DNA of 64,000 nucleotides, from positions 1-64,000 of IMG/VR virus record IMGVR_UViG_3300001390_000008; one strand, 5' to 3'. The first letter of the stretch is position 1, and each line of letters opens with the position of its first letter. This stretch comes from a virus. The notes beneath the pieces were generated by a model. That model was not told the DNA's origin. It did not search any database and saw only the letters and a list, made by a program, of their open reading frames with translations. Below, piece after piece: positions 49,737-58,924 of this stretch. A program made the position numbers and the translations under genes.

Positions 49737-50271
49737 CTTTCTGCTCAACAGTAACAATAGTATCGTTATGCCATCCGCCATGCGGTACTAGCAGTATTTC
49801 AAGTTGCTTAAAACCCGCTGTTTTTCCTATCCCACCGCTATTCCATCCGCATGTAATCGCCTTCCCTTTTGGCCTTACAATTCTGCTGATTTCTTTTTTC
49901 ATACTGCCCCAAAAGCTTGCTTGTGTTGTTTGCATATTCACACTCATATTAAGCGACTTATAACATTCACTTACTTGTCTTGGCGAATATGGCGGGTCAA
50001 AAAGAACAGTATCAATACTTTCATCTTCAAACATTTTTAAAAAATCAAGCGCATCTAAATGGTGACATGTATCAAATTCAGTATTCAGGTCATTAGTCAC
50101 GGTTGCTAGTTTATTACTATTTGCAAACGGATCAATGCTCTTGCCTGATAAATGCCTTTCTATTAACTCTCCTATAGGTTTTATACTAAATGTGTTTTTA
50201 TTAGGCATAGCCCAAACACGGCTTATAACAAGTCGCTCAACCGGACTCGTCTCTTCATTCGCTTCACTCAT
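49729..50271 (-). CDS. DNA adenine methyltransferase-like protein
   Basis: IDPFAN; TNDLN; LFDPPYSPRQ; HGGWHNDTI. Confidence 0.85.
   Translation of the reverse strand: MSEANEETSPVERLVISRVWAMPNKNTFSIKPIGELIERHLSGKSIDPFANSNKLATVTNDLNTEFDTCHHLDALDFLKMFEDESIDTVLFDPPYSPRQVSECYKSLNMSVNMQTTQASFWGSMKKEISRIVRPKGKAITCGWNSGGIGKTAGFKQLEILLVPHGGWHNDTIVTVEQKGL
50221..50270 (+). mobile_element. truncated attC (left part) inside the MTase 5' end
   Basis: GCTTATAAC-AAGTC-GCTCAACCGGACTCG; GCTTATAAC is complementary (8/9) to GTTATAAAC at 49728. Confidence 0.6.
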
Positions 50272-50693
50272 TTCACCATGCTCCTTGCTCTCCTGAGTAG
50301 TTTATCTACGCCCCCAAAAGAAGTGGGGTGCACGAATCTTGGGTTTTCTATTACGGCAATCATCTCACCTATCAGCTTGCCTCGGGCGGCTATTTCTTCC
50401 TCGTGCTCTGCCCTTGCCTCCTCAAACAGTCGATTACCATCAAAGGTTGCCGCTTTGTAGCCTTTTGACCAATCCTCTTCAATCTGCTTCATGTGTTCTT
50501 GCAACCTTGTAGCTGACTCTTCTGGTTTGTTCAGAGTCTCTACCCCTTTTTGCAGGGCCATATACAAAAAACTATTTATAGACATGTTCCTATGCTCTGC
50601 CTCCCTTTTTATCTCACCATATTCTACTCTGGGCATCCTGATGGCCGCTGTAGAGAGTGCCCGTTTACTTGTTAGAGGTGCTTGTTTAGTCAT
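50268..50693 (-). CDS. ribbon-helix-helix (Arc/HicB-like) domain protein
   Basis: AIRMPRVEYGEIKREAEHRNMSINSFL. Confidence 0.6.
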   Translation of the reverse strand: MTKQAPLTSKRALSTAAIRMPRVEYGEIKREAEHRNMSINSFLYMALQKGVETLNKPEESATRLQEHMKQIEEDWSKGYKAATFDGNRLFEEARAEHEEEIAARGKLIGEMIAVIENPRFVHPTSFGGVDKLLRRARSMVK

Positions 50694-50712
50694 ATCAATT
50701 TCCAGTGTTGTG

Positions 50713-50916
50713 TTAACCAGAATCGCTCAGGTACATGATAACCCTATTATGGTTAAGTCCGAATTTATCAACTATAGCGAAAAAAGCCTCGTCGTTATAA
50801 GCTATAGATTCACCTCGATGCAATCTTCCCTGGTTTTCTGCTTTCATCCCCTCAATCTCTGCCAGAGCACAAACTGCCTGAGAATTAATAAATGCTATCA
50901 GCTGCTCTTTGTCCAT
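50713..50916 (-). CDS. hypothetical protein
   Basis: EIEGMKAENQ.R...G.SIAY.DEAF motif. Confidence 0.6.
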   Translation of the reverse strand: MDKEQLIAFINSQAVCALAEIEGMKAENQGRLHRGESIAYNDEAFFAIVDKFGLNHNRVIMYLSDSG

Positions 50917-50917
50917 A

Positions 50918-51130
50918 TCAATCACCTGCTACCTGTTCGTAATCTTTACATTTCTTCGCGGCAATAATATGCTCCCTATATTCCTCTAGTGACCCATAAT
51001 TATCCATTTCCCAATAATTTTTATTGCATGATATTGTCGCACCATACCCAGGGGTAGCTTCAGAATACCCTGGGCAACCCATGTCAAAATAGAAATGTTT
51101 GCAAAACACACATAAAACATCTTCACTCAT
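50918..51130 (-). CDS. hypothetical Cys-rich protein
   Basis: CVFCKHF; GYSEATPG; C..Y. Confidence 0.6.
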   Translation of the reverse strand: MSEDVLCVFCKHFYFDMGCPGYSEATPGYGATISCNKNYWEMDNYGSLEEYREHIIAAKKCKDYEQVAGD

Positions 51131-51131
51131 A

Positions 51132-51332
51132 TCAATCTCCTAATTTATTAGCTAATTCCCTGAAATGTATACCGTCCAACCTCATGTCCTCGGCTAACTT
51201 ATCAAGATAATGCTCAAGCTTCCGTGTGCTTATCGTTTTCTGGGTTTCGCAAATGCCATATAAAACATTAAGCCTGGTGCCTGACACTAAAGAAGCCGCC
51301 TTCACTACGGCGTTTCGTTTCACATATGTCAT
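51132..51332 (-). CDS. hypothetical protein
   Basis: Bounded by junction repeats. Confidence 0.6.
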   Translation of the reverse strand: MTYVKRNAVVKAASLVSGTRLNVLYGICETQKTISTRKLEHYLDKLAEDMRLDGIHFRELANKLGD

Positions 51333-51333
51333 A

Positions 51334-51555
51334 TCAATCTCCTGAACTATCTGTTTGCTGACTACGCAGCTGCAAATACTCGATCAATCCTAATGCCTCC
51401 TTAGCAACATCATTAATTTGTATAGTGCAATAGCCATCTCTGCCCAGTTCGTCCTCACCATAAATTTCATAATCATTAGATTCAATCTGGTATGGTTCTG
51501 CTGCCCCCAGCTCGGCTAGCATCCATTTAATAGATGCAATGTCATCTTCAGTCAT
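51334..51555 (-). CDS. hypothetical acidic protein
   Basis: Bounded by junction repeats. Confidence 0.6.
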   Translation of the reverse strand: MTEDDIASIKWMLAELGAAEPYQIESNDYEIYGEDELGRDGYCTIQINDVAKEALGLIEYLQLRSQQTDSSGD

Positions 51556-51556
51556 A

Positions 51557-51793
51557 TCAGCCTCCTGTCTCTAGAAACCTCTGAATTATTTCAAAATCTT
51601 CAAATGGCATTTTGTTGCCTACTGCCTCCAGCTTTGCATAAGCCGCATCTTCCCACGTTTGGTTTCGCAGAATAGACAATTCAAAGGCTAACCGCCTCAC
51701 GATATCCCTGCCCGGCTCCAACATGTTTTCATCACTCATTAGCCGCGCTATTTCTATCTCAGTTACTTTTGTTTGCAGTTGTTTACTATCCAT
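51557..51793 (-). CDS. hypothetical protein
   Basis: Bounded by junction repeats. Confidence 0.6.
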   Translation of the reverse strand: MDSKQLQTKVTEIEIARLMSDENMLEPGRDIVRRLAFELSILRNQTWEDAAYAKLEAVGNKMPFEDFEIIQRFLETGG

Positions 51794-51794
51794 A

Positions 51795-52007
51795 TCAATC
51801 TCCGAATAGCTCTATTAATTCTCTTGCCCTTGTACTTGCACAATTACAAGTAAATGGGTGCTTACATATTTTTGGCCCCCCGCAATTACTGTTATATAGG
51901 TCTTCGAGGGCGGAATACAGTTTGGCAATATCACGGCTATATTGCTTCGTCATGATTAAGTATTTTTCTTTGTAGTCGATTTCATATTCTGGCATATTAG
52001 TCCCCAA
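51795..52007 (-). CDS. hypothetical protein
   Basis: CGG..C.H...C.C motif. Confidence 0.55.
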   Translation of the reverse strand: MGTNMPEYEIDYKEKYLIMTKQYSRDIAKLYSALEDLYNSNCGGPKICKHPFTCNCASTRARELIELFGD

Positions 52008-52009
52008 AT

Positions 52010-52327
52010 TTACCCTATATTGCTATATGTGGGTACCTCTTCATCTACTGCTGTCTGTGGTCTTGGCCCATTCTTTTTTTTCCACCATAAGCTATATTCT
52101 TCCAGCCATTCAAGTGTGTATGGGTTAAAATAACTATCATATTTTTTTGAATAGATCTTATCCACCTGCCTACGATACCCGCACCAGGGGCAATATTTAA
52201 AAATAGGGGCAGTGTACTTAGGTGCGGATTCGCGGCCACAACAATATATCGTCATATCCTCTATTTCATGTATGCCTATGCGCCAATCAGGGCAATCACA
52301 AGTTTTCAAATGTATTCTATTTTCCAT
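52010..52327 (-). CDS. hypothetical Zn-finger protein
   Basis: FKYCPWCG; YSKKYDSYF..EWLE. Confidence 0.6.
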   Translation of the reverse strand: MENRIHLKTCDCPDWRIGIHEIEDMTIYCCGRESAPKYTAPIFKYCPWCGYRRQVDKIYSKKYDSYFNPYTLEWLEEYSLWWKKKNGPRPQTAVDEEVPTYSNIG

Positions 52328-52554
52328 TACTTACCACCTGTATGTAATTTATGTTTAGGTCTATTGCGTAATTGCCATTTAGTTTTTTTAGGTCTGGCAT
52401 ACTCTATAATAGTGCGAGGGGGCAGGCCCCAAGCTATCTGTATTCCGTGCAGTAGGCATATAGGTATATGGTGCCCCGTATTATTTTTAATTGATCTGGA
52501 GAGCAAATACGCCCGCCACTCTATACTGTATGGTTCAATCATATTGTGATTACT

Positions 52555-52740
52555 CTACTCTACCGCCTCGTGTTGATTAAGCTCATCACATTCAATGCAA
52601 ACAAAACTACAGTTTTCTTTTTTACACCCGACACCCCCAAAGCTAATGGAGAAAGGTTGTGTTGAATTATTTGCAATCGGATAGATCTGCGCGTTAGGGT
52701 TATAATCAAGTAATTCTTTTATCAAATCTCGTACAGTCAT
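52555..52740 (-). CDS. hypothetical protein
   Basis: MTVRDLIKELL behind GGAG RBS. Confidence 0.6.
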   Translation of the reverse strand: MTVRDLIKELLDYNPNAQIYPIANNSTQPFSISFGGVGCKKENCSFVCIECDELNQHEAVE

Positions 52741-52759
52741 ATTAATCTCCAAAATTGTA

Positions 52760-52836
52760 TGGTGGACTAGCAGGGACTCGAACCCCGATAGTATGGATTA
52801 TGAGCCCACTGCATTTTCCAATTATGCTACCAGTCC
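52760..52836 (-). tRNA. tRNA with CAT anticodon (Met or Ile2)
   Basis: Full cloverleaf: GGACTGG/CTAGTCC acceptor, GCAT D-stem, CTCATAA loop, GGTTCGAGTCC T-arm, encoded CCA. Confidence 0.92.
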
Positions 52837-53034
52837 ACTGCATTTTTATGTAACTCGCCTGTTCTTTTTTAAATACTTTTGGGGTGTCTTCTATTACTTT
52901 CCTAGAATATGAAATTGCTTGCAAAATGTTATTTGTCGCACTGCCGCCCCCAATACTTTGTCGTTGCCGTGCTGCCCCTTTAAATTCCCCTTAACTAAAT
53001 AGAATGCCTAGTTTACACTATGAATTACATATAG

Positions 53035-55962
53035 TCAATGTCTATCCGTATCACTTCGCTCACCTGCATCACTTCTGCCGTCGTCATGCATATCACTATC
53101 TGTCCCCCCATTTGGCATAACCCACGAAGAGGCCCTACTAAGTAATAAATTATATGCACCACATAAAGAATCGGCTGCATCCTTTGCCCCGATTATACTA
53201 TGATCAACTTTTCCTTCTTTACCTTTATTTTCATCAAATTCTAAAGACAATAATTCTTCCAGTAGTACGGGCTGATTATATAGCAGTATGCGCCCATCAT
53301 AAAAGGCATCACGTAATTGGCGGTAAGGGGTGGGGGATCTGTCTACGGATATAAGGCCGGTCTTCATCCCCTGTCTCTTCCATGCTTGCCTGGATTCAAC
53401 ACTATTATACCCATCATAACTGACCGCCTTAATAGGATACCCATATGTGCTATATAGTAGCTTTATCCATGAACGTATATTTGCCACATCTACTTCATTA
53501 CCGTGGTCTGGCTGAACGGTCATACACATTTCCATGGATACAAGGGGCAGTGCCTCCTGCTCCCCGTCCACCCTCTCTACCCATTGTAGGCCGTCAAACC
53601 TAACCATACATATCCCTGTTCTATCTTGTGTAGAGCTTAAATCAATATGTACATATCTGGGTTTACCTGGATTACTACAAAAATGCCCCTTAATAGGTAG
53701 AGGTAGGCCTTGGTGCCTTAGTATTATGTTATCTTCCGGTAAGAAGGACTTTAAGCCCGCTTCTTCGCCTTTTGCCACACATTGCATAACCTTCTGGGGC
53801 TGCCTTATAAAAGGCGATATAGCGTTCGTAGAGAGGCCGGATATATCCCGTAGTGCTTTGGTGGGGTTTTTAACGAATTGCTCTCTGTACTCCACGGGCA
53901 CCTGTATAACGCGGCCCCCAATAGCCTTCTCATTATCCCCCATAACACGCACAGACATAGCTGCATCACTACCAATAAACAAGTTAAACTTATCCCCACA
54001 AAACCTGTTCTGCGGAACTACTTCATATTGAGCATACCCGAACACAAAAGTAGTGCTTATGTGCTCCCTGCGTACAATCTCTTCTAAGCGATCGGTGTAG
54101 TCCCCCTTGTACCTTGTAGAAGATGAGCAGATAATCATCCCCACCTGTGGGCCTGGCAGGGTAAACCGGCTTTTACGACGTGTGCTAAGGGCATCATGTA
54201 TAGCTTCTGCCTGATCATACTTAGATGATCTGCCCATACTGACGCGTACCTTCTTTGATCTCTCAATAACACTCATGAAATTTACTTCATCTATTAGAGC
54301 AAAAATCATAGCTTCGCCTAATGCCGCATCATCATCTGCCCCGCCTGGAACCACACGAATGTTTTGTTCTACAAAATACATTTCAGAATCTAATAGTTTA
54401 TCGGGCCTCATGTTCTTGCGAAACCACGGCATAGTCTCTATATACTTTCGTAGGGGGGCATAAACTACTTTCTTGGTAACGTGTGGTTTTGCCGCTTGAA
54501 TAATAAATAGAATAGAAGTAGCAGAGGGTAGGCCCCAATAGGTCTGGGGGGTTTTCATGCACCCTAATATATGCAAATGATAGGCTATTGTAATTTTAGC
54601 TAATTCCGTGTTGTGTGTGACAGTAAAATCGCCCAGCAAATATCTATGATCCCCCCCAATTACAACCCCATAATAATTACCCTTTCCTATAGGCTCTACC
54701 TTAAACCCTGTTACAAGTACATCTTTTTTCTGCCCCCTTACCGGTGCCTTTTTATTAATTGATAATGTAGGTATTAGATGACAATCGCCACTTATAAATA
54801 CACGATAATAGATGCCAGTAAATCCTGTTGATTTTATACCTTTAATTACCTCTTTCTTATATGCAGCGAACCCTAATGATCTGCATAAATAAACAGCCTG
54901 ATCTGCAAAGCATTCATCCTTAGCTATAAAATCAAACCCACCACATGATAGGCGGCCACCCCCGTCTAATATCCCGGCTAATAATTGTAATCTATTTTTC
55001 CTGCTGTTTATTAAATACTCTTTTGGTATCCTTCTTCTATGTAGATAATCCGTTAATGACTCTCTTATATCGGCAAATCCCAAAAGGCTAATATCCCATG
55101 CACCTCTGTCGTAGTTTACCTGTCCTATCTGTACATGCTTCTTTACCCGCTCTAGGCAAAGTAATTTATTACCCCCCAAAGACAGAGCACTACGGTATTT
55201 ACAACCATCCGCTAAATACAGACCTATGGTGTAAGGGTCAAATACTTTAATCTCCAGGAACTCTACGCCTACACGATATTGTTTATGCAAGTGTTTAAAT
55301 GTCTTTGATTTATTCAAATATTCTTTTACTGTAATATTTACTATATCCCCTGCATACCTGTCCCCACTTCTTATTTTAGTACGTTTAAGGCTCAGTATAT
55401 GATCTGCATTACATGTCCATGATTCCCCTTTAACAGGGGTAATACGGTACATATCGCCATAACTTTCATTAGCTTGTAATACTGGTTGCGGGTTTGACTC
55501 CGGCCCCATTAAAACATCGCCCTTGTTTATATTCTGGGATAGCTTTATACCCCCATCATATAATAGTACAGGGACGTCCACCCCTAAGCACTTTCCGGTA
55601 CCTGTTGCGCGAGAGAATATAGCCTGGTCATAATGTTTATCCGCGCCTTTCCACCAATGGCTATTAAGCTCAATAACCGCCTCTCTTACTTTAGGCCATA
55701 GTTTTAGATCTGTGGAGCCCATAAACTGATCAGAATCTATAAATTCTTCTATGGATACGGGGGGCTGTTTTAAGTGTTCTATGAAATTTAAAAAGTTATG
55801 GTTATTATGCATTGCTGCTTGCTTTATTGCATGAACATAAAATTCAGCAAACATTTTATTATTTAATGTACTAACAGAGGCCTCGGCAGCATCTATCATT
55901 AACTGCGCTTTTCTTGTCAGATTACCGCTCTGGGTAGCCAACTTTCTTTTACGTCTAGTCAC
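53035..55962 (-). CDS. terL: terminase large subunit with intein
   Basis: Walker A ATGTGK|T, Walker B ALIDE, nuclease HIDLS..D, DH...KDAADS. Confidence 0.92.
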   Translation of the reverse strand: MTRRKRKLATQSGNLTRKAQLMIDAAEASVSTLNNKMFAEFYVHAIKQAAMHNNHNFLNFIEHLKQPPVSIEEFIDSDQFMGSTDLKLWPKVREAVIELNSHWWKGADKHYDQAIFSRATGTGKCLGVDVPVLLYDGGIKLSQNINKGDVLMGPESNPQPVLQANESYGDMYRITPVKGESWTCNADHILSLKRTKIRSGDRYAGDIVNITVKEYLNKSKTFKHLHKQYRVGVEFLEIKVFDPYTIGLYLADGCKYRSALSLGGNKLLCLERVKKHVQIGQVNYDRGAWDISLLGFADIRESLTDYLHRRRIPKEYLINSRKNRLQLLAGILDGGGRLSCGGFDFIAKDECFADQAVYLCRSLGFAAYKKEVIKGIKSTGFTGIYYRVFISGDCHLIPTLSINKKAPVRGQKKDVLVTGFKVEPIGKGNYYGVVIGGDHRYLLGDFTVTHNTELAKITIAYHLHILGCMKTPQTYWGLPSATSILFIIQAAKPHVTKKVVYAPLRKYIETMPWFRKNMRPDKLLDSEMYFVEQNIRVVPGGADDDAALGEAMIFALIDEVNFMSVIERSKKVRVSMGRSSKYDQAEAIHDALSTRRKSRFTLPGPQVGMIICSSSTRYKGDYTDRLEEIVRREHISTTFVFGYAQYEVVPQNRFCGDKFNLFIGSDAAMSVRVMGDNEKAIGGRVIQVPVEYREQFVKNPTKALRDISGLSTNAISPFIRQPQKVMQCVAKGEEAGLKSFLPEDNIILRHQGLPLPIKGHFCSNPGKPRYVHIDLSSTQDRTGICMVRFDGLQWVERVDGEQEALPLVSMEMCMTVQPDHGNEVDVANIRSWIKLLYSTYGYPIKAVSYDGYNSVESRQAWKRQGMKTGLISVDRSPTPYRQLRDAFYDGRILLYNQPVLLEELLSLEFDENKGKEGKVDHSIIGAKDAADSLCGAYNLLLSRASSWVMPNGGTDSDMHDDGRSDAGERSDTDRH
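54610..55590 (-). mobile_element. intein (class 1, LAGLIDADG) in terminase Walker A
   Basis: CLGVD...CNADHIL...VTHN|T, 327 aa. Confidence 0.9.
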
Positions 55963-56009
55963 AGTAAATTATCTAAATTGTGGGCGGCTTTTTCTAAAAC
56001 ATGTACTTT

Positions 56010-56765
56010 TCATATTATCTGTATTTCTTGTTCCTCTTCCCCAAGAAAATCTTCATTAGTAATCGACTCTATATCTTTTGCTGTCATGGAGTCTGTACCC
56101 TCATTAAGGATAGCTTTAGTAATGGCTACCATTTTTTCTATATCGCTTTGCCCTTCATTCTCCACCGACTGATACCGAAGAACATCAAGAACCCCCGCAC
56201 TATTAAGAAACCGAAACTGATCATTCTTCGATGCTAGTGCAGTGCGCAAGGCTGCTAGCCGCATATTCATAGGGGCTTTTTTCATTGTAGCCATCCTCAA
56301 ACTCATGGCCTGTAGCTCCTGATAGAACCCTAATGTATCGCCTATAAGGTGGTTAATATCTAGATTTTTAGCCTCATCCTGTAGACGCCTACGCAATTCT
56401 TTTCTGTCTCGCATAATCGTATGTATAGAGACATCCATCTCCTCTGCTATAGTGTCCAGAGACACGCCCCTCATTAACATACGATGAACCATCTTTAGTC
56501 TATACTCTTTAGCATAAGACTTAGATCCAACTGCTATACCTGCTATTCTATCTTTTATATCAAGTACATCTTCCTGAGAGGGATCTGGGGTATTAGTTTT
56601 GTCTCGCACACTGGTATTGAGGTCTGCATCTATTAGTCGTAGCCCTTCTGCTTTACTTGCTGACGAACTACTCCCTAGCTTTACTCGCCTCTGTCTACGC
56701 TTTCCTTTCGGGGCTTCTTGCATCAAATACTCCCTATAACGCTGGATACCCCTTTTATAGCACAA
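56010..56765 (-). CDS. putative terminase small subunit (HTH)
   Basis: RGVSLDTIAEEMDVSIHTIMRD HTH; directly upstream of terL. Confidence 0.7.
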   Translation of the reverse strand: MCYKRGIQRYREYLMQEAPKGKRRQRRVKLGSSSSASKAEGLRLIDADLNTSVRDKTNTPDPSQEDVLDIKDRIAGIAVGSKSYAKEYRLKMVHRMLMRGVSLDTIAEEMDVSIHTIMRDRKELRRRLQDEAKNLDINHLIGDTLGFYQELQAMSLRMATMKKAPMNMRLAALRTALASKNDQFRFLNSAGVLDVLRYQSVENEGQSDIEKMVAITKAILNEGTDSMTAKDIESITNEDFLGEEEQEIQII

Positions 56766-56882
56766 AAAAACAAAGGCTACATTAATAAAGCAATAAGAAG
56801 AAAGCTATATCCCACACAGCTAAAGGCCCCGCCCCTTATATAAATTAGAGGCAGAGCCCTTTTTACTACTATTTTTTTACTT

Positions 56883-58253
56883 TTACTTCTTTTTACTTCC
56901 TTTACCTTTACCTTTTGTTTGCTTCTTAACATTAAGATTCTGTGCTGCCCACTCAGCCATAATGTGCTCGAATGCTTCATTTTCATTTGTAAGGCCGAGC
57001 ATTTCCATGCCTGCTTCCAAATACCCTTTAGTAATATCTGCGGCATCTTCCTCCAGACGAAACTTGAAAGTAATACGCTTAACCAGCTTGCCCGCTTTAC
57101 GGCCAACTTCAACATAGCTTTCTTTAATAGTTTCCTTTAAGTCCACCACCGTATTTTCTTTAGCAAGCAATATCAACTCTTCGGCATTATCCATATCCAT
57201 GACCTGTGCAATGTCGATAGCCTTAGTCCAACCAACAGCACCAAGCTCTTCGGGGGATAAGCCGAATTTATTCCACTTAGCGTAAATTTTTATCAAATGC
57301 ATAGCTTTACGGTAGTGTACCCCCAGCTCTTTTTCTGTATAAAGAGCGAACCCTTTATTGCCCGCATACTCATCATTCAATTCTTTGTATGCTTTGCTTA
57401 TGTATACATGATACAAAATACCGCCTAGCTTATAATCGGAGTTAGAGGCCTCTTCCGCTATCTCTTCAGCCAGTTCACATAAATCATCAGCAGCATTGAT
57501 CAGAGCAAGTATTTCTTCATCCTCTTCATCTTCTTTAAGTATGAGAATGCCCTTGCTATCTACCTCACTAGAAGACTCATTACTATCCTTCTTCTTTTTC
57601 TTACCCTCTTTCTTACCCTTCTTCCCTGACTTAGCTGTTTTCTTTTTTTCGTCTTTTTTACTATCCTTTTTCTTCTTACCCTTAGCTTTACTTTCAGTAA
57701 TAGGCTCTTCGGCTTCCTCAGCTTCCTCAGCTTCTTCGGCCTCTTCCTCGCCTGCTTCTTTAGGTATATAAGAAATACGCTGAATTTCCTTATGCTTTAA
57801 GCGCAAATACCCTTCCTCATTACCGTCATCAATATCTACACTGGCTTTTAGTAGCTTAACTACTTCACCAATTATCTCTTCGCCATTACCATCCACAAAA
57901 GTATAAGTATTACCGACTTCAAGACTATCCACTGTAGTTTCTGGTGGGGTTTCCTCTGGCTTGGTGGGCGTACCCTCTACCTCCCCAGAAATTTCATCCG
58001 CGTAGACTTCAACATTAATAAATTCCTTGTTGTTTTTTGTCTTACGCTTTTCTGGGTCATAATCAGGGTTCGGTACCGGCAGGCCGTAGCAGGGCTCATC
58101 ATCATCCTCCCCTGCGTCCACTACAGCTATTGTGTATACCGTGCCTTCTTCCAGCAATTCAGCATTATCTGGTTCATCCCCTTTGTCCCCCGTAAATCCT
58201 ACAAATACTACTTCTTGGCCTTCAACAAATTCATTACTCTTAGTTTTACCCAT
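56883..58253 (-). CDS. hypothetical protein with acidic and Lys-rich low-complexity tracts
   Basis: 456 aa; EEA repeats, poly-K, folded C-terminal domain; GGAGG RBS. Confidence 0.75.
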   Translation of the reverse strand: MGKTKSNEFVEGQEVVFVGFTGDKGDEPDNAELLEEGTVYTIAVVDAGEDDDEPCYGLPVPNPDYDPEKRKTKNNKEFINVEVYADEISGEVEGTPTKPEETPPETTVDSLEVGNTYTFVDGNGEEIIGEVVKLLKASVDIDDGNEEGYLRLKHKEIQRISYIPKEAGEEEAEEAEEAEEAEEPITESKAKGKKKKDSKKDEKKKTAKSGKKGKKEGKKKKKDSNESSSEVDSKGILILKEDEEDEEILALINAADDLCELAEEIAEEASNSDYKLGGILYHVYISKAYKELNDEYAGNKGFALYTEKELGVHYRKAMHLIKIYAKWNKFGLSPEELGAVGWTKAIDIAQVMDMDNAEELILLAKENTVVDLKETIKESYVEVGRKAGKLVKRITFKFRLEEDAADITKGYLEAGMEMLGLTNENEAFEHIMAEWAAQNLNVKKQTKGKGKGSKKK

Positions 58254-58349
58254 TTTACTGCCTCCTGTTCACCATTCACCGAATAGGTAAGTGTAGCTGC
58301 CCTTAATTATCCGATATTATTACATAACTATGAATTCTATGCAACTAGA

Positions 58350-58898
58350 TTATTTGCATAATTGCATAGAACATCCGTTTAGCGCATCAATTCTGTACTT
58401 TTTCCTAGCTTTTCTACAATCTATATAAGCTATGCCCATTTGCATTAGAGCAAAAGCATCCGCTTCATCATTGTGCGGGATATTGTACCCCCATACATCC
58501 ATGATTGATTTAATAACATCATCTTTAGTTGAATTCCCCTTTCCTGTAGCAAATTTTTTAAGACTGTGCGGCGGGACTAATAATACATCAACCCCTCTCC
58601 TATATGCAATCAATTTCAATAATCCAAGCTCACCTATATCAAAAAATCGGCCAACACCGCCCCCCCTTTTCTTAGGTATACCCATAGCATACCCCTCATA
58701 AACAACTAAGGGCGGGGCCTTATAGTAGATGACCATAGTATTTAATATAGACTCAAAAGACTCCGCCACAAAATCCAGTCTGGGTGCCCCCCTGGTCTTT
58801 GGTCTTATCCTGCCTGTATGCACCTCACCGGTACTGTCAGTATACGCAAAACCAGAGCTGGTCAATGAGGGGTCAAACCCAACTACATTACTATTCAT
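58350..58898 (-). CDS. ruvC: RuvC-like Holliday junction resolvase
   Basis: GFDPSLTSSG; VYEGY; LKKFATGKGN..K; NDEADA. Confidence 0.9.
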   Translation of the reverse strand: MNSNVVGFDPSLTSSGFAYTDSTGEVHTGRIRPKTRGAPRLDFVAESFESILNTMVIYYKAPPLVVYEGYAMGIPKKRGGGVGRFFDIGELGLLKLIAYRRGVDVLLVPPHSLKKFATGKGNSTKDDVIKSIMDVWGYNIPHNDEADAFALMQMGIAYIDCRKARKKYRIDALNGCSMQLCK

Positions 58899-58924
58899 AT
58901 ATTACCCATTACACTTATTATTTA

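Noticed and set aside
52742-52924. 60 aa ORF
   Set aside because: Overlaps the well-formed tRNA on the same strand
58350-58898. RuvC as a TnpB/IscB/Cas12-type RNA-guided nuclease
   Set aside because: 182 aa compact resolvase with no Zn finger, REC/WED region, transposon ends or ncRNA space
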